DNA of 64,000 nucleotides, taken from the NCBI RefSeq assembly GCF_046295235.1, contig NZ_JBKBLV010000003.1:39589-103588 (forward strand), in the 5' to 3' direction. The stretch comes from Tabrizicola flagellatus. GTDB lineage: Bacteria; Pseudomonadota; Alphaproteobacteria; Rhodobacterales; Rhodobacteraceae. Positions 12,123-23,387 of the stretch are shown piece by piece. Under the pieces are notes generated by a model. It was not told where the DNA came from. It did not search any database and was given only the letters and a program-made list of their open reading frames with translations. The stretch's first letter is position 1; every line of letters starts with the position of its first letter. A program made the position numbers and the translations under genes.

Positions 12123-12857
12123 ATGGCGCGACCGGACAATCTAACCTCCAGAAAGCGTTTCGATGGCGTGCTGACGGGGCCGGAGCTGGCCATGGCGCGG
12201 GCGGCGGGCATGGACCTCGCCTATTGCCCGCTGCAACAGGGCTGGGTCGCCCTTGGCGCGGCCGAGGACGGAGAGACGGGACCGCCGCTGTCCTGGCATG
12301 TGGGCCGGCTGCCGCTGTTCAAGCAGATGCCGGGCCGGCCGGTGCATCCTCAGCCCGAAAGCCTGACGTTGCGAGTCTGGGTCGAGGACGACCTGCCCGC
12401 CTATCGCGCGCTGCTGTCGGACCCCTCGCTCTGGACCTGGATGCTCGAGGACCGGCCACGGCAGCTGGATGACGACACCTGCCGCGCCCTGATCGCGCTG
12501 TCCACCGAAGGCACGCACCACAAGGTGCGCGTGGCGACGCTGGCCGGTCAGCCGGTCGGTCAGGTGCGGCTGGAATACGGGGCAGATCCCGGCACGGGGG
12601 AGCTGAGCTACTGGCTGGGTGCGCCCGCGCGCGGCAAGGGGCTGGGGCGGCAGATGGTTGTGCGCTTCCTTGGCCGGCTGGCAGCCCGCCGGCCGGACAT
12701 CCGCCGCATCACGGCGCGGGTGCATCCCGAGAACCGCGCCTCGATCCGCCTGCTTCAGGCCTGCGGCTTCACCCCCTGCGACCGCGACAGGCTGGGTCTG
12801 GCGCCGCGGGGGCGCGACGACGGCAGCTGGCTGGGCTTCCTGCGACAGTCGGGTTGA
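12123..12857 (+). CDS. GNAT (RimJ/RimL-like) N-acetyltransferase with N-terminal extension
   Basis: ELSYWLGAPARGKGLG, VHPENRASIRLLQACGF. Confidence 0.8.
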   Translation: MARPDNLTSRKRFDGVLTGPELAMARAAGMDLAYCPLQQGWVALGAAEDGETGPPLSWHVGRLPLFKQMPGRPVHPQPESLTLRVWVEDDLPAYRALLSDPSLWTWMLEDRPRQLDDDTCRALIALSTEGTHHKVRVATLAGQPVGQVRLEYGADPGTGELSYWLGAPARGKGLGRQMVVRFLGRLAARRPDIRRITARVHPENRASIRLLQACGFTPCDRDRLGLAPRGRDDGSWLGFLRQSG

Positions 12858-12869
12858 GCCTGGGGAGGC

Positions 12870-13220
12870 TCAGATCGGCAGGCCGAGGCGCGGCGCAAGC
12901 CACAGCAGCAGAAAGTACAGCCCGACGGTAACGGCACAGCCGATGCCGAGCGACAGCCAGAACCCGAGGCCCTGACGCATCAGCCAGGGCAGGATCAGGA
13001 ACATCGGCAGCGAGGGCAGCACATACCAGAAGGTCGCTTCGGCATGGCTGGCGATCCGGGCCCCGTCGCCAGTATCCCGCCAGAGCCAGATCATGCCCAG
13101 AATCGACACCAGCGGCAGCGAGGCGACCAGCGCCGCGAAGCCCGGACTGCGCCGCGCGATCTCGGAGATGGCCGCGATCAGGATGCCGGACAGGATGGCC
13201 TTCAGCGCGAAGTAGCTCAT
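12870..13220 (-). CDS. DUF3147 family membrane protein
   Basis: [41 protein letters not shown] overlap with the queA stop. Confidence 0.85.
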   Translation of the reverse strand: MSYFALKAILSGILIAAISEIARRSPGFAALVASLPLVSILGMIWLWRDTGDGARIASHAEATFWYVLPSLPMFLILPWLMRQGLGFWLSLGIGCAVTVGLYFLLLWLAPRLGLPI

Positions 13221-14266
13221 TTGGTGCCCTCGGGGATCAGGAGCGAACTGTCGCCGTAGGAGAAGAAGCGGTAGCCCTCCCGGATCGCGTGGTCGTAGAT
13301 GCGGCGGATGCGGCCGTGACCCATCAGGGCGGCCACCAGCATCATCAGCGTCGATTTCGGCAGGTGGAAGTTGGTCATCAGCGCGTCGGTGACGCGGAAC
13401 CGGTAGCCGGGATAGATGAAGATGTCGGTCTCGGCCTCGAAGGGCTGGACCGTGCCCGAGGCATCCGCCGCGCTTTCGATCAGGCGCAGCGCGGTGGTGC
13501 CGACCGGGATCACCCGCCCGCCCGCGCGTTTCGTCGCGTTGATCTCGGCCGCCGCCGCCGCCGAGACCCGGCCCCATTCGGCATGCATGCGGTGGGTGGT
13601 CACGTCCTCGACCTTCACCGGCAGGAAGGTGCCCGCGCCGACATGCAGCGTGACCTCGGTGAACTCCACGCCCCTGTCGGCCAGCCTCCGCAGGAGATCC
13701 TCGTCGAAATGGAGCGAGGCGGTTGGTGCCGCGACGGCGCCCGCGTGGCGGGCGAAGACCGTCTGGTAATCGGTGCGGTCCTGGTCGTCGGCCGCGCGCT
13801 TGGCGGCAATATAGGGCGGCAGGGGCATCACCCCCGCCTCGGCAAGGGCCGCGTCGAAATCCTCGCCGGTCAGGTCGAAGGACAGGGTCAGGTCGGTTTC
13901 CGACTTCTCGACGACTGTCGCGGAAAGCCGGTCGGAAAAGCGGATCACCTCGCCCGGCTGCACCTTGCGCAGGGGCTTTGCCAGGGCCCGCCAGCCGCCC
14001 CCGGCGCGGGGCTCCAAGAGCGTCACCTCGACCTTCGCCACCGCCTCGCCGCGCTGGCGGGTGCCGAAGAGGCGCGCGGGCAGGACCTTGGTGTTGTTCA
14101 GCACCAGCCGGTCGCCGGGGCGCAGGATGTCCACCAGGTCGAAGACATGCCGGTCGGCGATCCCGTCCCCCTCGGCCAGCAGAAGCCGCGCATGGGTCCG
14201 GGGCCGGGCCGGCCGGGTGGCGATCAGCCACTCGGGCAGGTCGAAGTCGAAATCGGAAAGCTTCAT
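13217..14266 (-). CDS. queA: S-adenosylmethionine:tRNA ribosyltransferase-isomerase
   Basis: [53 protein letters not shown]. Confidence 0.97.
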   Translation of the reverse strand: MKLSDFDFDLPEWLIATRPARPRTHARLLLAEGDGIADRHVFDLVDILRPGDRLVLNNTKVLPARLFGTRQRGEAVAKVEVTLLEPRAGGGWRALAKPLRKVQPGEVIRFSDRLSATVVEKSETDLTLSFDLTGEDFDAALAEAGVMPLPPYIAAKRAADDQDRTDYQTVFARHAGAVAAPTASLHFDEDLLRRLADRGVEFTEVTLHVGAGTFLPVKVEDVTTHRMHAEWGRVSAAAAAEINATKRAGGRVIPVGTTALRLIESAADASGTVQPFEAETDIFIYPGYRFRVTDALMTNFHLPKSTLMMLVAALMGHGRIRRIYDHAIREGYRFFSYGDSSLLIPEGTK

Positions 14267-17200
14267 CCGCCCGAGCCCCCTTCGGCAGCGGGCAACTTCG
14301 GCGGGCGCTGGCGGAAGATTTCGCGGAACATGCCCGGCGTCAGCACCGACAATGGGTTGACCGAGACGTTCGGCGCCTCGGCCGTGCCGGTCAGCCGGTA
14401 GTTGAAGCCGAAAAGCCCCTCGCCGCGCCGTGTCAGGATCTGTCCCACCCCGTTGACCAGATAGATCGGCGAGATCACGCCCTGAAGGTCGATCCGGCCC
14501 GAGCCGCTGAGATAGAGCCCGGCGAAGGAAATGCCAAGCGAGGCGCCGACGGCCGAGCCTTGCGTGATCTCCACGCCCGCCGGCGTCATCACGAAGGTCA
14601 CCTCCCCATTGTTGAACGCGAGGCCCGACCCGTTCATCTGTTCCAGAAGCCCCACGACCGAGATCGCCGAGAGGAGTTCGGCCAGCGCCGGGGCGCCCTG
14701 CACGCGCAGACGCTCGAAGGTGGCCTTGCCGTTGTATGCGCCCTTCGGCCCGCGCGGGACCAACGACAGGTCCAGCGACCCGCCGCGTCCCTTGTCGAAG
14801 ATCCCCGCCGCCGCCATGACCGCGCCGGCGTTTTCCGAGGTGATGCGGACGGCGGTGCCGCCCTTGACCGGCCCGACCATCCCCCGGATTTCGGCTGCGC
14901 CGTTGACCCCGGCAACGAAGCTGCCGTTCAGGCCGCCCTTGGAACCGAAATCGCCGCGGAAGCCGGTCAGCCGGATCCCGTCGGAGATGCGCAGCGCGTC
15001 GAGCCGCACCTTTACCGGCCCCCCGGTTCCGCCGTTGCCGTCCGGCATCCGCCGCAGGTCGAGCGTGCCCCCGGTGACCGACACATCCGGCGCGGCATTC
15101 CGGCCACGGCCGGTCAGCGTGACACCCGCGCTCAGCCAGTCTCCGGCCACGACCTTGTCGAACACTGCCTTGTCCAGCCCGCCGCCATCGCGCGTCGTGA
15201 CCGTGCCGCGCGCCTCCAGCCCGGGGCCTTTCAGCGTCATGCGGTCCACCACCGGGTTTCGCGACAGTGTCGCCTCGAGGTCGAGCGAAGCCCGCGTCTT
15301 TGCCGCCTTGGACCAGCCCAGGGCATCCAGCCGCAGCGCAAGCCCGGTAAGGTTCGAGGTCAGCGTCAGTTCCGGCGGGCGGTCCTTGACCAGCGCCAGG
15401 TCGATCGCGGCCGGGCCCTCGCCCCGGACCGACCCGGCCGGCAGTTCCACCCCGAAATCGCGCAGGACCGCGTCGGACAGCATCACCGTGCCGTTGACCC
15501 GCGCCCGGCCCTTCTGTTCGGGGCCGAAGCCTTGCAGGTAGGTCAGGTCCACCGGCATCCGGTCCAGCCGACCCGCGGCCGAAAGCTTCAGGCCCTCGGT
15601 ATCGACCGCGACCACGACCTCGGGCGCCGAGAGGATCCGACCCGGCACCAGCGCGGGCGAGGTGAAGTCGCGGATCTTGCCTGCGACGGTAAAGCTGACC
15701 TCCTCGAAGGGGATCTTCGGCTTCAAGGGCATGATGACCGTGGCCCGAAGCTCTGCCCGTCCGTCGCCCAGGTTGTAGGGTTGGCCGGCCTTGGAGAAGA
15801 AGCTGAAGGGCTCCTGGTCCAGAAGCGACAGGGTGGCTGTCAGGCTGGCCGAGGTCACCAGATCGACCCTTGCCGTCGCGGGCCGCTGGGTGATGTCGGG
15901 GATCTGGAACACCGTGCCGTCCGCCTCGATCCGCCCACCTTCGGGCGCGATGACATGCCCCTTCGCCAAGGCAACGATGTAGCTGCGGTTGTCCAGCGTG
16001 GAATGGCCCTTCCCGTTCAGGATCGGCGGCAGGGTGCGGACAAAGCGGACATCGGTATCCGAGAACTCGTAGGCGAGGTTGAAGACCGGCTGCGCGCCGG
16101 GCTTCAGCCGCAGCGCCGCCTGGACATCGGTCAGCTGCCCCTGTCCCACGTTCTCGGCGAACCACTCCCGCGTCCTGGGCACCACCGAAACCGGCCAGAC
16201 CTTCAGCAGCCGCTCGGTCTCGATCTGGTTCAGATGCAGGTCCAGCGCCCCGGTCCAGCCCGCCTCATCGGCCGAAACCGATCCGGACAAGAGCAGCCGC
16301 TCGGTCCCCTCGACCAGGGAAAGCTGGCCGATGTCGGCGCGGAACGGGTCCAGCTTCAACCGCAGGTCCAGCGCCCCCTTGCCGAAGCGGACCGGGGCCT
16401 CGAACAGGCCCTCGGGGTCGAGCATCACCTCCTCAAAGGCTATCTGGGCTTCGATGCTTTCCGGCAAGGCTCCCGGCGCAAGCGGTTGACCGTCGCGGCC
16501 AAGCAGATCGCCATGCCCGGTGGCCTTCAACCGAAGCGATGCGCTTTCCACCGTCAGCCCGTCCAGCCGGATGCGCGCGGACGCCGGATCGTAGCCAAGC
16601 GACAGCGCCGCTCTGTCGAAGGCCACCGGCCGCGCGCCCTGCCCCGGCGACAGGCTGCCCGAGGCAAGGCCAAGCCGACCCGAAAACCCGGCAAAGCGCC
16701 CGCCCTCGTCCAGCCGTGCCTCGATCTGGCCCGAGATCGGCGCGTCGACGAAACCGAGGAAGGCCAGAGGCGGCGCCATGGCCGCAAGGTCGGTTGCGGC
16801 GATGTTGTCGACCTTTGCGGTCAGCCTGGCGGTTTCCGCCGTCTTGTCGGACACCAGCGTCAGCACCGCCTGCGCCGGATCGGTGCCGTCCAGCAGCGTG
16901 AGCCCGAGTTCCGCCGAAAGCGTGGCCTGCCCGTTCTCGATGACCAGGCGACCGTCGCCGACCTGCCAGCTGCGGCCGGCGCGTTCGTCGGTCAGCGACA
17001 GGCTCAGGCCCTCGACCTCGATCACCCGCAACGAGTACAACGCCGGGCTGGAAAACACCCGTTCGGCAGCGTCCAGAATCTCGGACGGGTCGCGCGCCCC
17101 CGCCTCCGGCATGCGATCGTCGAGTTGCAGGTCGACCGCGCCGGTCACATCCCGGCGCACCGCCAGCCGGGCGCCGGTCAGCCGCAGGTGGCTCGGCCGG

Positions 17201-17727
17201 ACCTTGCCGGACAGAAGCGCGCCGGGATCGAAGGCCACCGTCGCCTCGGGCAGGGTCAGGAGCGACCGGCCGTTGCCGCCGATCAGGCGGATGTCCTGCA
17301 ACCGGAAGCGCGGGAAGAAATCGCCCCCCACCGCCAGTTCCACACCGCCCAGCGACAGCGCTGTCCCCGGCGGCAGGCGCGCACCGGCGAGATTATCGTT
17401 CAGTCGCGACTCGATCTCGGCCACGCCCCATGTCGGCACCTGCAATGTGCGGCCGGTATGGGCCAGCGTGAGGTAGACCAGCGTCAGCGCGATCAGGACG
17501 AGGGTCAGGATCACGGTCAGGCTCAGCCGTCCCCGTCCTCGCGTCGGGCGACGGGGGGGCCGGACTGCCCGTTTCTGGCGCTCGGGCTCGGCAACGGCCA
17601 TGGTCCCGCCGTCCGCTCCCGCCCTCTGGTCGTCCATCTGAGCTGGCGCCTCGCTGCCCGTGGTGCGCGCCCCGCGTCGGGGCTTGTTGATTGCTGCTCT
17701 GCTGCCTTTATCTTTGCGCGAAGACAA
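14263..17727 (-). CDS. AsmA-like / YhdP (DUF3971) envelope bridge protein
   Basis: N-terminal TM, long beta-rich body, AsmA_2-type C-terminus ([19 protein letters not shown]). Start uncertain, between 17601 and 17727. Confidence 0.85.
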   Translation of the reverse strand: MSSRKDKGSRAAINKPRRGARTTGSEAPAQMDDQRAGADGGTMAVAEPERQKRAVRPPRRPTRGRGRLSLTVILTLVLIALTLVYLTLAHTGRTLQVPTWGVAEIESRLNDNLAGARLPPGTALSLGGVELAVGGDFFPRFRLQDIRLIGGNGRSLLTLPEATVAFDPGALLSGKVRPSHLRLTGARLAVRRDVTGAVDLQLDDRMPEAGARDPSEILDAAERVFSSPALYSLRVIEVEGLSLSLTDERAGRSWQVGDGRLVIENGQATLSAELGLTLLDGTDPAQAVLTLVSDKTAETARLTAKVDNIAATDLAAMAPPLAFLGFVDAPISGQIEARLDEGGRFAGFSGRLGLASGSLSPGQGARPVAFDRAALSLGYDPASARIRLDGLTVESASLRLKATGHGDLLGRDGQPLAPGALPESIEAQIAFEEVMLDPEGLFEAPVRFGKGALDLRLKLDPFRADIGQLSLVEGTERLLLSGSVSADEAGWTGALDLHLNQIETERLLKVWPVSVVPRTREWFAENVGQGQLTDVQAALRLKPGAQPVFNLAYEFSDTDVRFVRTLPPILNGKGHSTLDNRSYIVALAKGHVIAPEGGRIEADGTVFQIPDITQRPATARVDLVTSASLTATLSLLDQEPFSFFSKAGQPYNLGDGRAELRATVIMPLKPKIPFEEVSFTVAGKIRDFTSPALVPGRILSAPEVVVAVDTEGLKLSAAGRLDRMPVDLTYLQGFGPEQKGRARVNGTVMLSDAVLRDFGVELPAGSVRGEGPAAIDLALVKDRPPELTLTSNLTGLALRLDALGWSKAAKTRASLDLEATLSRNPVVDRMTLKGPGLEARGTVTTRDGGGLDKAVFDKVVAGDWLSAGVTLTGRGRNAAPDVSVTGGTLDLRRMPDGNGGTGGPVKVRLDALRISDGIRLTGFRGDFGSKGGLNGSFVAGVNGAAEIRGMVGPVKGGTAVRITSENAGAVMAAAGIFDKGRGGSLDLSLVPRGPKGAYNGKATFERLRVQGAPALAELLSAISVVGLLEQMNGSGLAFNNGEVTFVMTPAGVEITQGSAVGASLGISFAGLYLSGSGRIDLQGVISPIYLVNGVGQILTRRGEGLFGFNYRLTGTAEAPNVSVNPLSVLTPGMFREIFRQRPPKLPAAEGGSGG

Positions 17728-17769
17728 CTAGATGGAAAGTCACATTCCCTTTTCGGCAAGGAGCCGCGC

Positions 17770-18231
17770 ATGATTTCCGCAGGACAGACCGCCCCCGATT
17801 TCACCCTTCCCCGCGATGGCGGCGGCACGGTCACGCTCTCGGCCCTGCGGCCGGGCAAGGTGGTCCTGTACTTCTACCCCAAGGACGACACGCCGGGCTG
17901 CACACTGGAAGCCCAGGACTTCAACGCCCGCCTGGCCGATTTCACCGCCGCCGGGACGACGGTGATCGGCGTGTCGAAGGACAGCGTGAAAAGCCACGAC
18001 AAGTTCTGCAAGAAACACGGACTGTCGATCATCCTGGCCTCGGACGAGGCGGGCCACACCTGCGAGGATTACGGCGTCTGGCTGGAGAAGAGCATGTATG
18101 GCAAGACCTACATGGGGATCGAGCGGACAACCGTGCTGATCGACGGCGAGGGGAAAGTGGCGCGGGTCTGGAACAAGGTCAGCGTCAAGGGCCATGCCGA
18201 CGAGGTGCTAGCGGCCGCACGAGCACTGTGA
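17770..18231 (+). CDS. bcp: Peroxiredoxin BCP
   Basis: APDFTL, VLYFYPKDDTPGCT, GIERTT. Confidence 0.95.
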   Translation: MISAGQTAPDFTLPRDGGGTVTLSALRPGKVVLYFYPKDDTPGCTLEAQDFNARLADFTAAGTTVIGVSKDSVKSHDKFCKKHGLSIILASDEAGHTCEDYGVWLEKSMYGKTYMGIERTTVLIDGEGKVARVWNKVSVKGHADEVLAAARAL

Positions 18232-18247
18232 AATAAACCCGGTTCGC

Positions 18248-18293
18248 GCAAATTCCTTCGAGGGAATTTGCAAATCTTTTCGAAAGGATTTGC
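18248..18293. repeat. Tandem overlapping 24-bp palindromes
   Basis: GCAAATTCCT-TCGA-GGGAATTTGC (18248-18271) and GCAAATCTTT-TCGA-AAGGATTTGC (18270-18293). Confidence 0.8.
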
Positions 18294-18306
18294 GGGAGCC
18301 CGAGCG

Positions 18307-19122
18307 ATGTCCCTCTCTCTTGCCGAAATGGCCGTGGACGTGCTGACCACCGCCGACGGCCGCGCCAAGACCGCGCTCGGCCGTTCCCATGCCGCGCGCT
18401 GGTTTGCCGCGCGCGAGGCTGGCACCCCCCTGCCCATCGGCCGGGCCGAGCCGCCCCGGCGCCCCGCCCGCCCCGACCGGCCCGAGCTGCTGGCGCCGAA
18501 GGATGTGCCCCGCCGCCGCCCCGGCAGCCGCGAGGGCCGCATCGCGCTTCTGCACGCCGTCGCGCATATCGAGCTGAACGCGGTCGACCTGCACTGGGAC
18601 ATCATCGCCCGCTTCACCGACCATCCGATGCCGGCCGGTTTTTACGACGACTGGGTGAAGGCCGCCGACGAGGAAGCCAAGCATTTCAACCTGATCTGCG
18701 ATTGTCTCGAGGCGATGGGCAGTCATTACGGCGCCCTGCCCGCCCATGCTGGCATGTGGCGCGCGGCCGAGGACACGGCCGGGGACCTTCAAGCCCGACT
18801 GGCCGTGGTGCCCATGGTGCTGGAGGCGCGCGGCCTCGACGTGACGCCGGGCATGATCGAGGTCTTCCGCAAGCATGGCGAGACGCAGGCACTGGCCGCG
18901 CTCGAGGTGATCTATGCCGAGGAGGTCGGCCATGTCGCCTACGGGTCGAAATGGTTCAACTGGCTCTGCGGACGGGCGGGCACGGACCCCAAGGAGGTGT
19001 TCCACGCACTGGTCCGCCGCCACTTCCACGGTGCGCTGAAACCCCCGTTCAACGAGGAAAAGCGCGCCGATGCCGGCCTGCCGCCCGACTTCTACTGGCC
19101 CCTTGCCGAAGAGACTGCCTGA
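18307..19122 (+). CDS. Ferritin-like DUF455 protein
   Basis: HAVAHIELNAVDL, DEEAKHF, EARGLD, EEVGHV, PPFNEEKR. Confidence 0.9.
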   Translation: MSLSLAEMAVDVLTTADGRAKTALGRSHAARWFAAREAGTPLPIGRAEPPRRPARPDRPELLAPKDVPRRRPGSREGRIALLHAVAHIELNAVDLHWDIIARFTDHPMPAGFYDDWVKAADEEAKHFNLICDCLEAMGSHYGALPAHAGMWRAAEDTAGDLQARLAVVPMVLEARGLDVTPGMIEVFRKHGETQALAALEVIYAEEVGHVAYGSKWFNWLCGRAGTDPKEVFHALVRRHFHGALKPPFNEEKRADAGLPPDFYWPLAEETA

Positions 19123-19291
19123 TCGGCGGTTTCTTGCCGATGAAAAGTCCGTCCCGCGCGGAAAGTCCCTGAATATGGTCAAAATTGTTGCGGGCCTGAA
19201 ATGCGGTGGATAATCAGGGTCGAACCCGGGGTGCAGACCTTGAGGTAACGTAGCGAAGCCTCTGCCAAGGCTATGAACGGATGACCCCAAC

Positions 19292-20629
19292 GTGCTGAAT
19301 CGCCTCGCCTATCGCTTTCACCAGAGCCTTGAGCGGCACTTTCCCGAGCAACGGCTGTTCCTGAAGTCCGATACCGAGACCCGCTTTATCCGCCTCCGTC
19401 CGGGGACGCAGATCATCGCGCTGGTCGGCGGAACTCTTGCGCTGGCCTGGACCATCGTTGCCACCGCCCTGATCATGATGGACTCGATCGGTGCCGGATC
19501 GGCGCGCGAGCAGTCGGTGCGCCAGCAGGCGCTTTATGAACAGCGGCTGAACGCGCTGTCCTCCGACCGAGACCTGCGCGCCGAAGAGGCGGCGCGGGCG
19601 CAGGAACGCTTCAACATCGCACTCGCCCAGATCTCGGAAATGCAGGAGAAGCTCCTCGCCTCCGAAGACCGCCGGCGCGAGCTGGAGACCGGCATCGAGG
19701 CGATCCAGGGCACGCTCCGTGAAGTCATCAAGGAACGTGACGTCGCCCGTGGCGAGGTCGAGCGGGTGACGCTGGCACTGAACGAACAATCGGGTGTCGC
19801 GACCGAGGCCGGCCGGGTCGCGGATGCGATGGCGACGCTGGAATTCCTGACCGGTGCCCTTGGTGACGCTGCCGAGGAGCGCAACGCGGAACGCGCCGAG
19901 GCCGAAGCCGCGCGCGAAGAAGCCCGCCTGATCGCCGACGCGAAAGAGGCGCTGGAACTCCGCAACGACGCGATCTTCGCCAAGCTCGAAGAGGCGCTGA
20001 CCGTCTCGGTCGAACCGCTGGACAAGATGTTTCGCGAGGCCGGGATGTCGCCCGACGACCTGATCGGCGCCGTGCGCGAGGGCTATTCCGGCCAAGGCGG
20101 CCCGCTGACGCCGATCTCGTTCTCGACCTCGGGCGGCATCGTCACGCCCGAGGAAGCGCGCGCGAACGCGATCCTCGGCGGGCTGGACCGGATGAACATG
20201 TATCGCATCGCTGCGTTCAAGCTGCCCTTCGCAATGCCGGTGAAGGACGCTTTCCGCTGGACCTCCGGTTTCGGGTATCGCCGCGATCCGAAGGGCGCCG
20301 GCACCCGGATGCACGAAGGCACCGACATGGCCGGCAGCTACGGCACGCCGATTTACGCCACCGCCGATGGCGTGGTGATCCATGCCGGCTGGGACAACGG
20401 CTATGGCCGGCTGGTGAAGATCCGCCACGACTTCGGGGTCGAGACGCGGTATGCCCATCTCAGCCAGATCCGGGTCGAGGTCGGCCAAAGGGTCTCGCGC
20501 GGCGACCGGATCGGTGATATGGGCAATTCAGGCCGGTCCACCGGGACGCATCTTCACTACGAGATCCGTCTCAGCGGGGCACCGATCAACCCGATGACCT
20601 TCATAAAGGCAGCGAAGAATGTTTTCTAA
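19292..20629 (+). CDS. M23 peptidase with N-terminal TM and coiled coil (DUF5930-type)
   Basis: HEGTD, YAHL, STGTHLHYE zinc motifs. Confidence 0.92.
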   Translation: MLNRLAYRFHQSLERHFPEQRLFLKSDTETRFIRLRPGTQIIALVGGTLALAWTIVATALIMMDSIGAGSAREQSVRQQALYEQRLNALSSDRDLRAEEAARAQERFNIALAQISEMQEKLLASEDRRRELETGIEAIQGTLREVIKERDVARGEVERVTLALNEQSGVATEAGRVADAMATLEFLTGALGDAAEERNAERAEAEAAREEARLIADAKEALELRNDAIFAKLEEALTVSVEPLDKMFREAGMSPDDLIGAVREGYSGQGGPLTPISFSTSGGIVTPEEARANAILGGLDRMNMYRIAAFKLPFAMPVKDAFRWTSGFGYRRDPKGAGTRMHEGTDMAGSYGTPIYATADGVVIHAGWDNGYGRLVKIRHDFGVETRYAHLSQIRVEVGQRVSRGDRIGDMGNSGRSTGTHLHYEIRLSGAPINPMTFIKAAKNVF

Positions 20630-21125
20630 GAGCCGCATCAACGAGCCCGGCCCCAAGGCTGACGCCGACAAGCCCAAAGCCCCGGAGGCCCCGATGACCA
20701 AACCCGCGATGGACTTCACCGCCTCGGCGCCGAAGGGCAAGGCGGGGGCCTCGGTCCTGTCGTCCGACCTGACCGTGGTCGGCAACCTGCGCACCACGGG
20801 CGACATCCAGGTCGAGGGCACTGTCGAGGGCGACATCCGTGCGCATCTCCTGACCGTGGGCGAAAGCGCCACCATCCGCGGCGAGATCGTCGCCGACGAC
20901 ATCGTCGTGAACGGCCGGGTGATCGGCCGCGTCCGTGGCCTGAAGGTGCGGCTGACCTCGACCGCGCGGGTCGAGGGCGACATCATCCACAAGACCATCG
21001 CCATCGAATCCGGCGCCCATTTCGAAGGCTCGGTGCAGCGGCAGGAAGACCCGCTGGCCAATGGCCGCCCGGGCACCGCGCCCCGGCTGGACGTGACCGC
21101 CGCCGCCGCCAGCGACGCCGAATAA
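20619..21125 (+). CDS. Bactofilin (polymer-forming cytoskeletal protein)
   Basis: Beta-helix repeats (IQVEGTVEGDI, LTVGESATIRGEI, IESGAHFEG). Overlaps the M23 gene stop. Confidence 0.93.
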   Translation: MFSKSRINEPGPKADADKPKAPEAPMTKPAMDFTASAPKGKAGASVLSSDLTVVGNLRTTGDIQVEGTVEGDIRAHLLTVGESATIRGEIVADDIVVNGRVIGRVRGLKVRLTSTARVEGDIIHKTIAIESGAHFEGSVQRQEDPLANGRPGTAPRLDVTAAAASDAE

Positions 21126-21138
21126 GCCAGACCCGATC

Positions 21139-22578
21139 ATGACGCTTGCGCGGGCATCGGAGGGCACTCCGGTGCCCGTTTCCTTCTGTGCGGACACCGA
21201 CCGCCGGGTCATCCTCTGGGCCGCGATCCTCGCCTCGTCGATGGGGTTCATCGACAGCTCCGTCACCTCGATCGCGCTGCCCGCCATGCGCGAGGCGCTG
21301 GGGGCCTCGCTTCCGCAGGCGCAATGGATCAACGCGGCCTATCTGCTGGCCGTCTCCTCGCTGGTGCTGGTCGGGGGCGCGATGGGCGACCGCTTCGGCA
21401 TCGCGCGGATCTTTTCGCTGGGCATCCTCGTCTTCGTTGCCGGATCGCTCGCCTGCGCGGTCGCGGTGACGCCGGAACAGATGATCGCCGCCCGCGCGGT
21501 CAAGGGCGTGGGGGCGGCGATGATGGTGCCGGGATCGATGGCGATGGTCTCGCGCGCCTTCCCCCGGGCCGAACGCGGCCGGGCGCTGGGTCTCTGGGCG
21601 GCGGCCTCGACCCTGACCACGGCGATGGGGCCGGTCCTGGGCGGCATGTTCGTCACCTGGGGCGGCGAGATCGGCTGGCGGCTGGTCTTTGCGCTGAACC
21701 TGCCCCTGGGCCTGGCCGCGCTGGCGCTGGTCCGGGGCCGGACGCCGGGCGATGTCGGCAAGCCGGGGGTGCGGGTGGACCTGGCCGGGGCGGGGTTGGC
21801 GACGCTGGGCCTCGGCCTGATGGCCTGGGCGCTGACCGAGGCCGCGGCGCCGGTCTGGGTGCCTCTGGCAGCCCTGGCGAGCCTTGCCGCCTTCCTGGCC
21901 TGGGAGGCGGTGACGCCTGCCCCGATGCTGCGCCTCGGCCTGTTTCGCAACCGCACGCTGAGCGTCACCAACATCGTGACCTTCGTCCTGTATTTCGCGT
22001 TGAACGGGGTGATGTTCTACCTGCCCATGGCCGCCGTGACAGCCTGGGGCGTGACCGCGCTGGAGGTGACGGCGGCCTTCCTGCCGATCTCGGTCCTGAT
22101 CGGAGTGCTGTCGGCCCCGGCGGGCCGGATGGCGGACCGCTGGGGCGCGGGGCCGCTGATGGCGGCGGGCTCGGCGCTGGTGGCGCTGGCCTATGCGGGC
22201 CTGTGGCATTTCGCGCCGGACGGGCGGTTCTGGGCCCATGTCGTGCCCTTCACCGCGCTGGCGGGGGTCGGGCTGGGCCTGACCGTCGCGCCGCTGACGG
22301 CGGCGGCGATGCAGGGGGCCGAGGATGGCGAACAGGGCGCGGCTTCGGGCATCAACAACGCCGTGGCGCGGGTCGCGGGCCTGGTCGCGGTGGTGCTGCT
22401 GGGCCGGGTGGCAGCGGCGGCCTACGGGCCGGGCGCGCCCGGGTTCGGCCTTCCCGGCGAGACGCCCGAGCATCTGGCGGCGACCGGGGCGGCCTTCGGC
22501 AGCGTGGCGCTGGTGGCAAGCGGGATGGCGGCCCTTGCCGCCGTTCTGGCGCTGTTCGTCGCCCGACCCGTCAGGTGA
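21139..22578 (+). CDS. MFS transporter, DHA2-like
   Basis: GFIDSSVTSIALP, GAMGDRFG, ERGRALGLW, about 14 TM. Confidence 0.9.
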   Translation: MTLARASEGTPVPVSFCADTDRRVILWAAILASSMGFIDSSVTSIALPAMREALGASLPQAQWINAAYLLAVSSLVLVGGAMGDRFGIARIFSLGILVFVAGSLACAVAVTPEQMIAARAVKGVGAAMMVPGSMAMVSRAFPRAERGRALGLWAAASTLTTAMGPVLGGMFVTWGGEIGWRLVFALNLPLGLAALALVRGRTPGDVGKPGVRVDLAGAGLATLGLGLMAWALTEAAAPVWVPLAALASLAAFLAWEAVTPAPMLRLGLFRNRTLSVTNIVTFVLYFALNGVMFYLPMAAVTAWGVTALEVTAAFLPISVLIGVLSAPAGRMADRWGAGPLMAAGSALVALAYAGLWHFAPDGRFWAHVVPFTALAGVGLGLTVAPLTAAAMQGAEDGEQGAASGINNAVARVAGLVAVVLLGRVAAAAYGPGAPGFGLPGETPEHLAATGAAFGSVALVASGMAALAAVLALFVARPVR

Positions 22579-23338
22579 TCGCGCGGCGGTAGAGGTGCCA
22601 GCTCGCGTGGCCAAACAACGGCAGGACCACGAATAGCCCCAGGAAGGCGGGCAGCATGCCAAGGAACAGGCAGACCGCGATCAGCGCGCCCCAGCCCAGC
22701 ATCACCCGGGGGTTTTCCCGCACCAGCGCGAAACTGGTCAGCATGGCGGTGACGAAATCCACCTCGCGGTCCAAGAGCATCGGCAGGCTGACCACGGTCA
22801 GGCAGAACAGAAGCGTCGCGAAGGCCGCGCCCACCGCCGTGCCGAAGGCCAGCATCGCCAGCCCCTGCGGCGACAGGAACACCGCCAGCGAGGACGAGAC
22901 ATTGGTCATCGTCGCGTTCCCCAGGAACAGCGCGAAGATCATGTGGGCGAGAAAGTTCCAGAACAGGAAATAGACGACGATCACCGCCGCCATGGCGGGG
23001 ATCTGGCGATCCTTCTGGTGGAAGATCACGCCGAAGATCTCGGAGGCGACCAGCGGCTCGCCCTTTTCCAGCCGGCGGGAAATCTCGTAGAAGCCACAGG
23101 CGATGAAGGGCCCGAGGATCGGAAACCCGGCGCTGGCGGGCAGCGTCCACCAGACCTGGCCCTTGGTCGTCATAGCCCACACGATCAGCCAGCCGCCCAG
23201 CACATAGACCGCCGAGAAGACCAGCCCCAACAGCGGCGCCCGCCTGAAGTCCCGCCACCCGGCCGCAAGGCTGAACCGCAGGTCGGAGGTCTCGACCAGG
23301 TTGATCTCGGGCGCGGCGGGCGGATGGGTGACGCTCAT
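22571..23338 (-). CDS. DUF2189 membrane protein
   Basis: AGWRDF, GFPILGPFIACGFYEISRR, PLFGHASWHLYRR. Confidence 0.88.
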   Translation of the reverse strand: MSVTHPPAAPEINLVETSDLRFSLAAGWRDFRRAPLLGLVFSAVYVLGGWLIVWAMTTKGQVWWTLPASAGFPILGPFIACGFYEISRRLEKGEPLVASEIFGVIFHQKDRQIPAMAAVIVVYFLFWNFLAHMIFALFLGNATMTNVSSSLAVFLSPQGLAMLAFGTAVGAAFATLLFCLTVVSLPMLLDREVDFVTAMLTSFALVRENPRVMLGWGALIAVCLFLGMLPAFLGLFVVLPLFGHASWHLYRRAIT

Positions 23339-23387
23339 GCCGCAAGTCTAAGCGCGGCGCGAAGCGTCGGGCAAGGATTTTGCAGCG

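Noticed and set aside
13723-18231. 1502-aa ORF on +, and similar long ORFs (23682-27584, 58083-60560, 42215-44617, 10000-12060)
   Set aside because: These are antisense shadows of real high-GC genes, Arg/Pro/Gly-rich with no motifs. Only the last 153 codons of the 1502-aa ORF are real (bcp).
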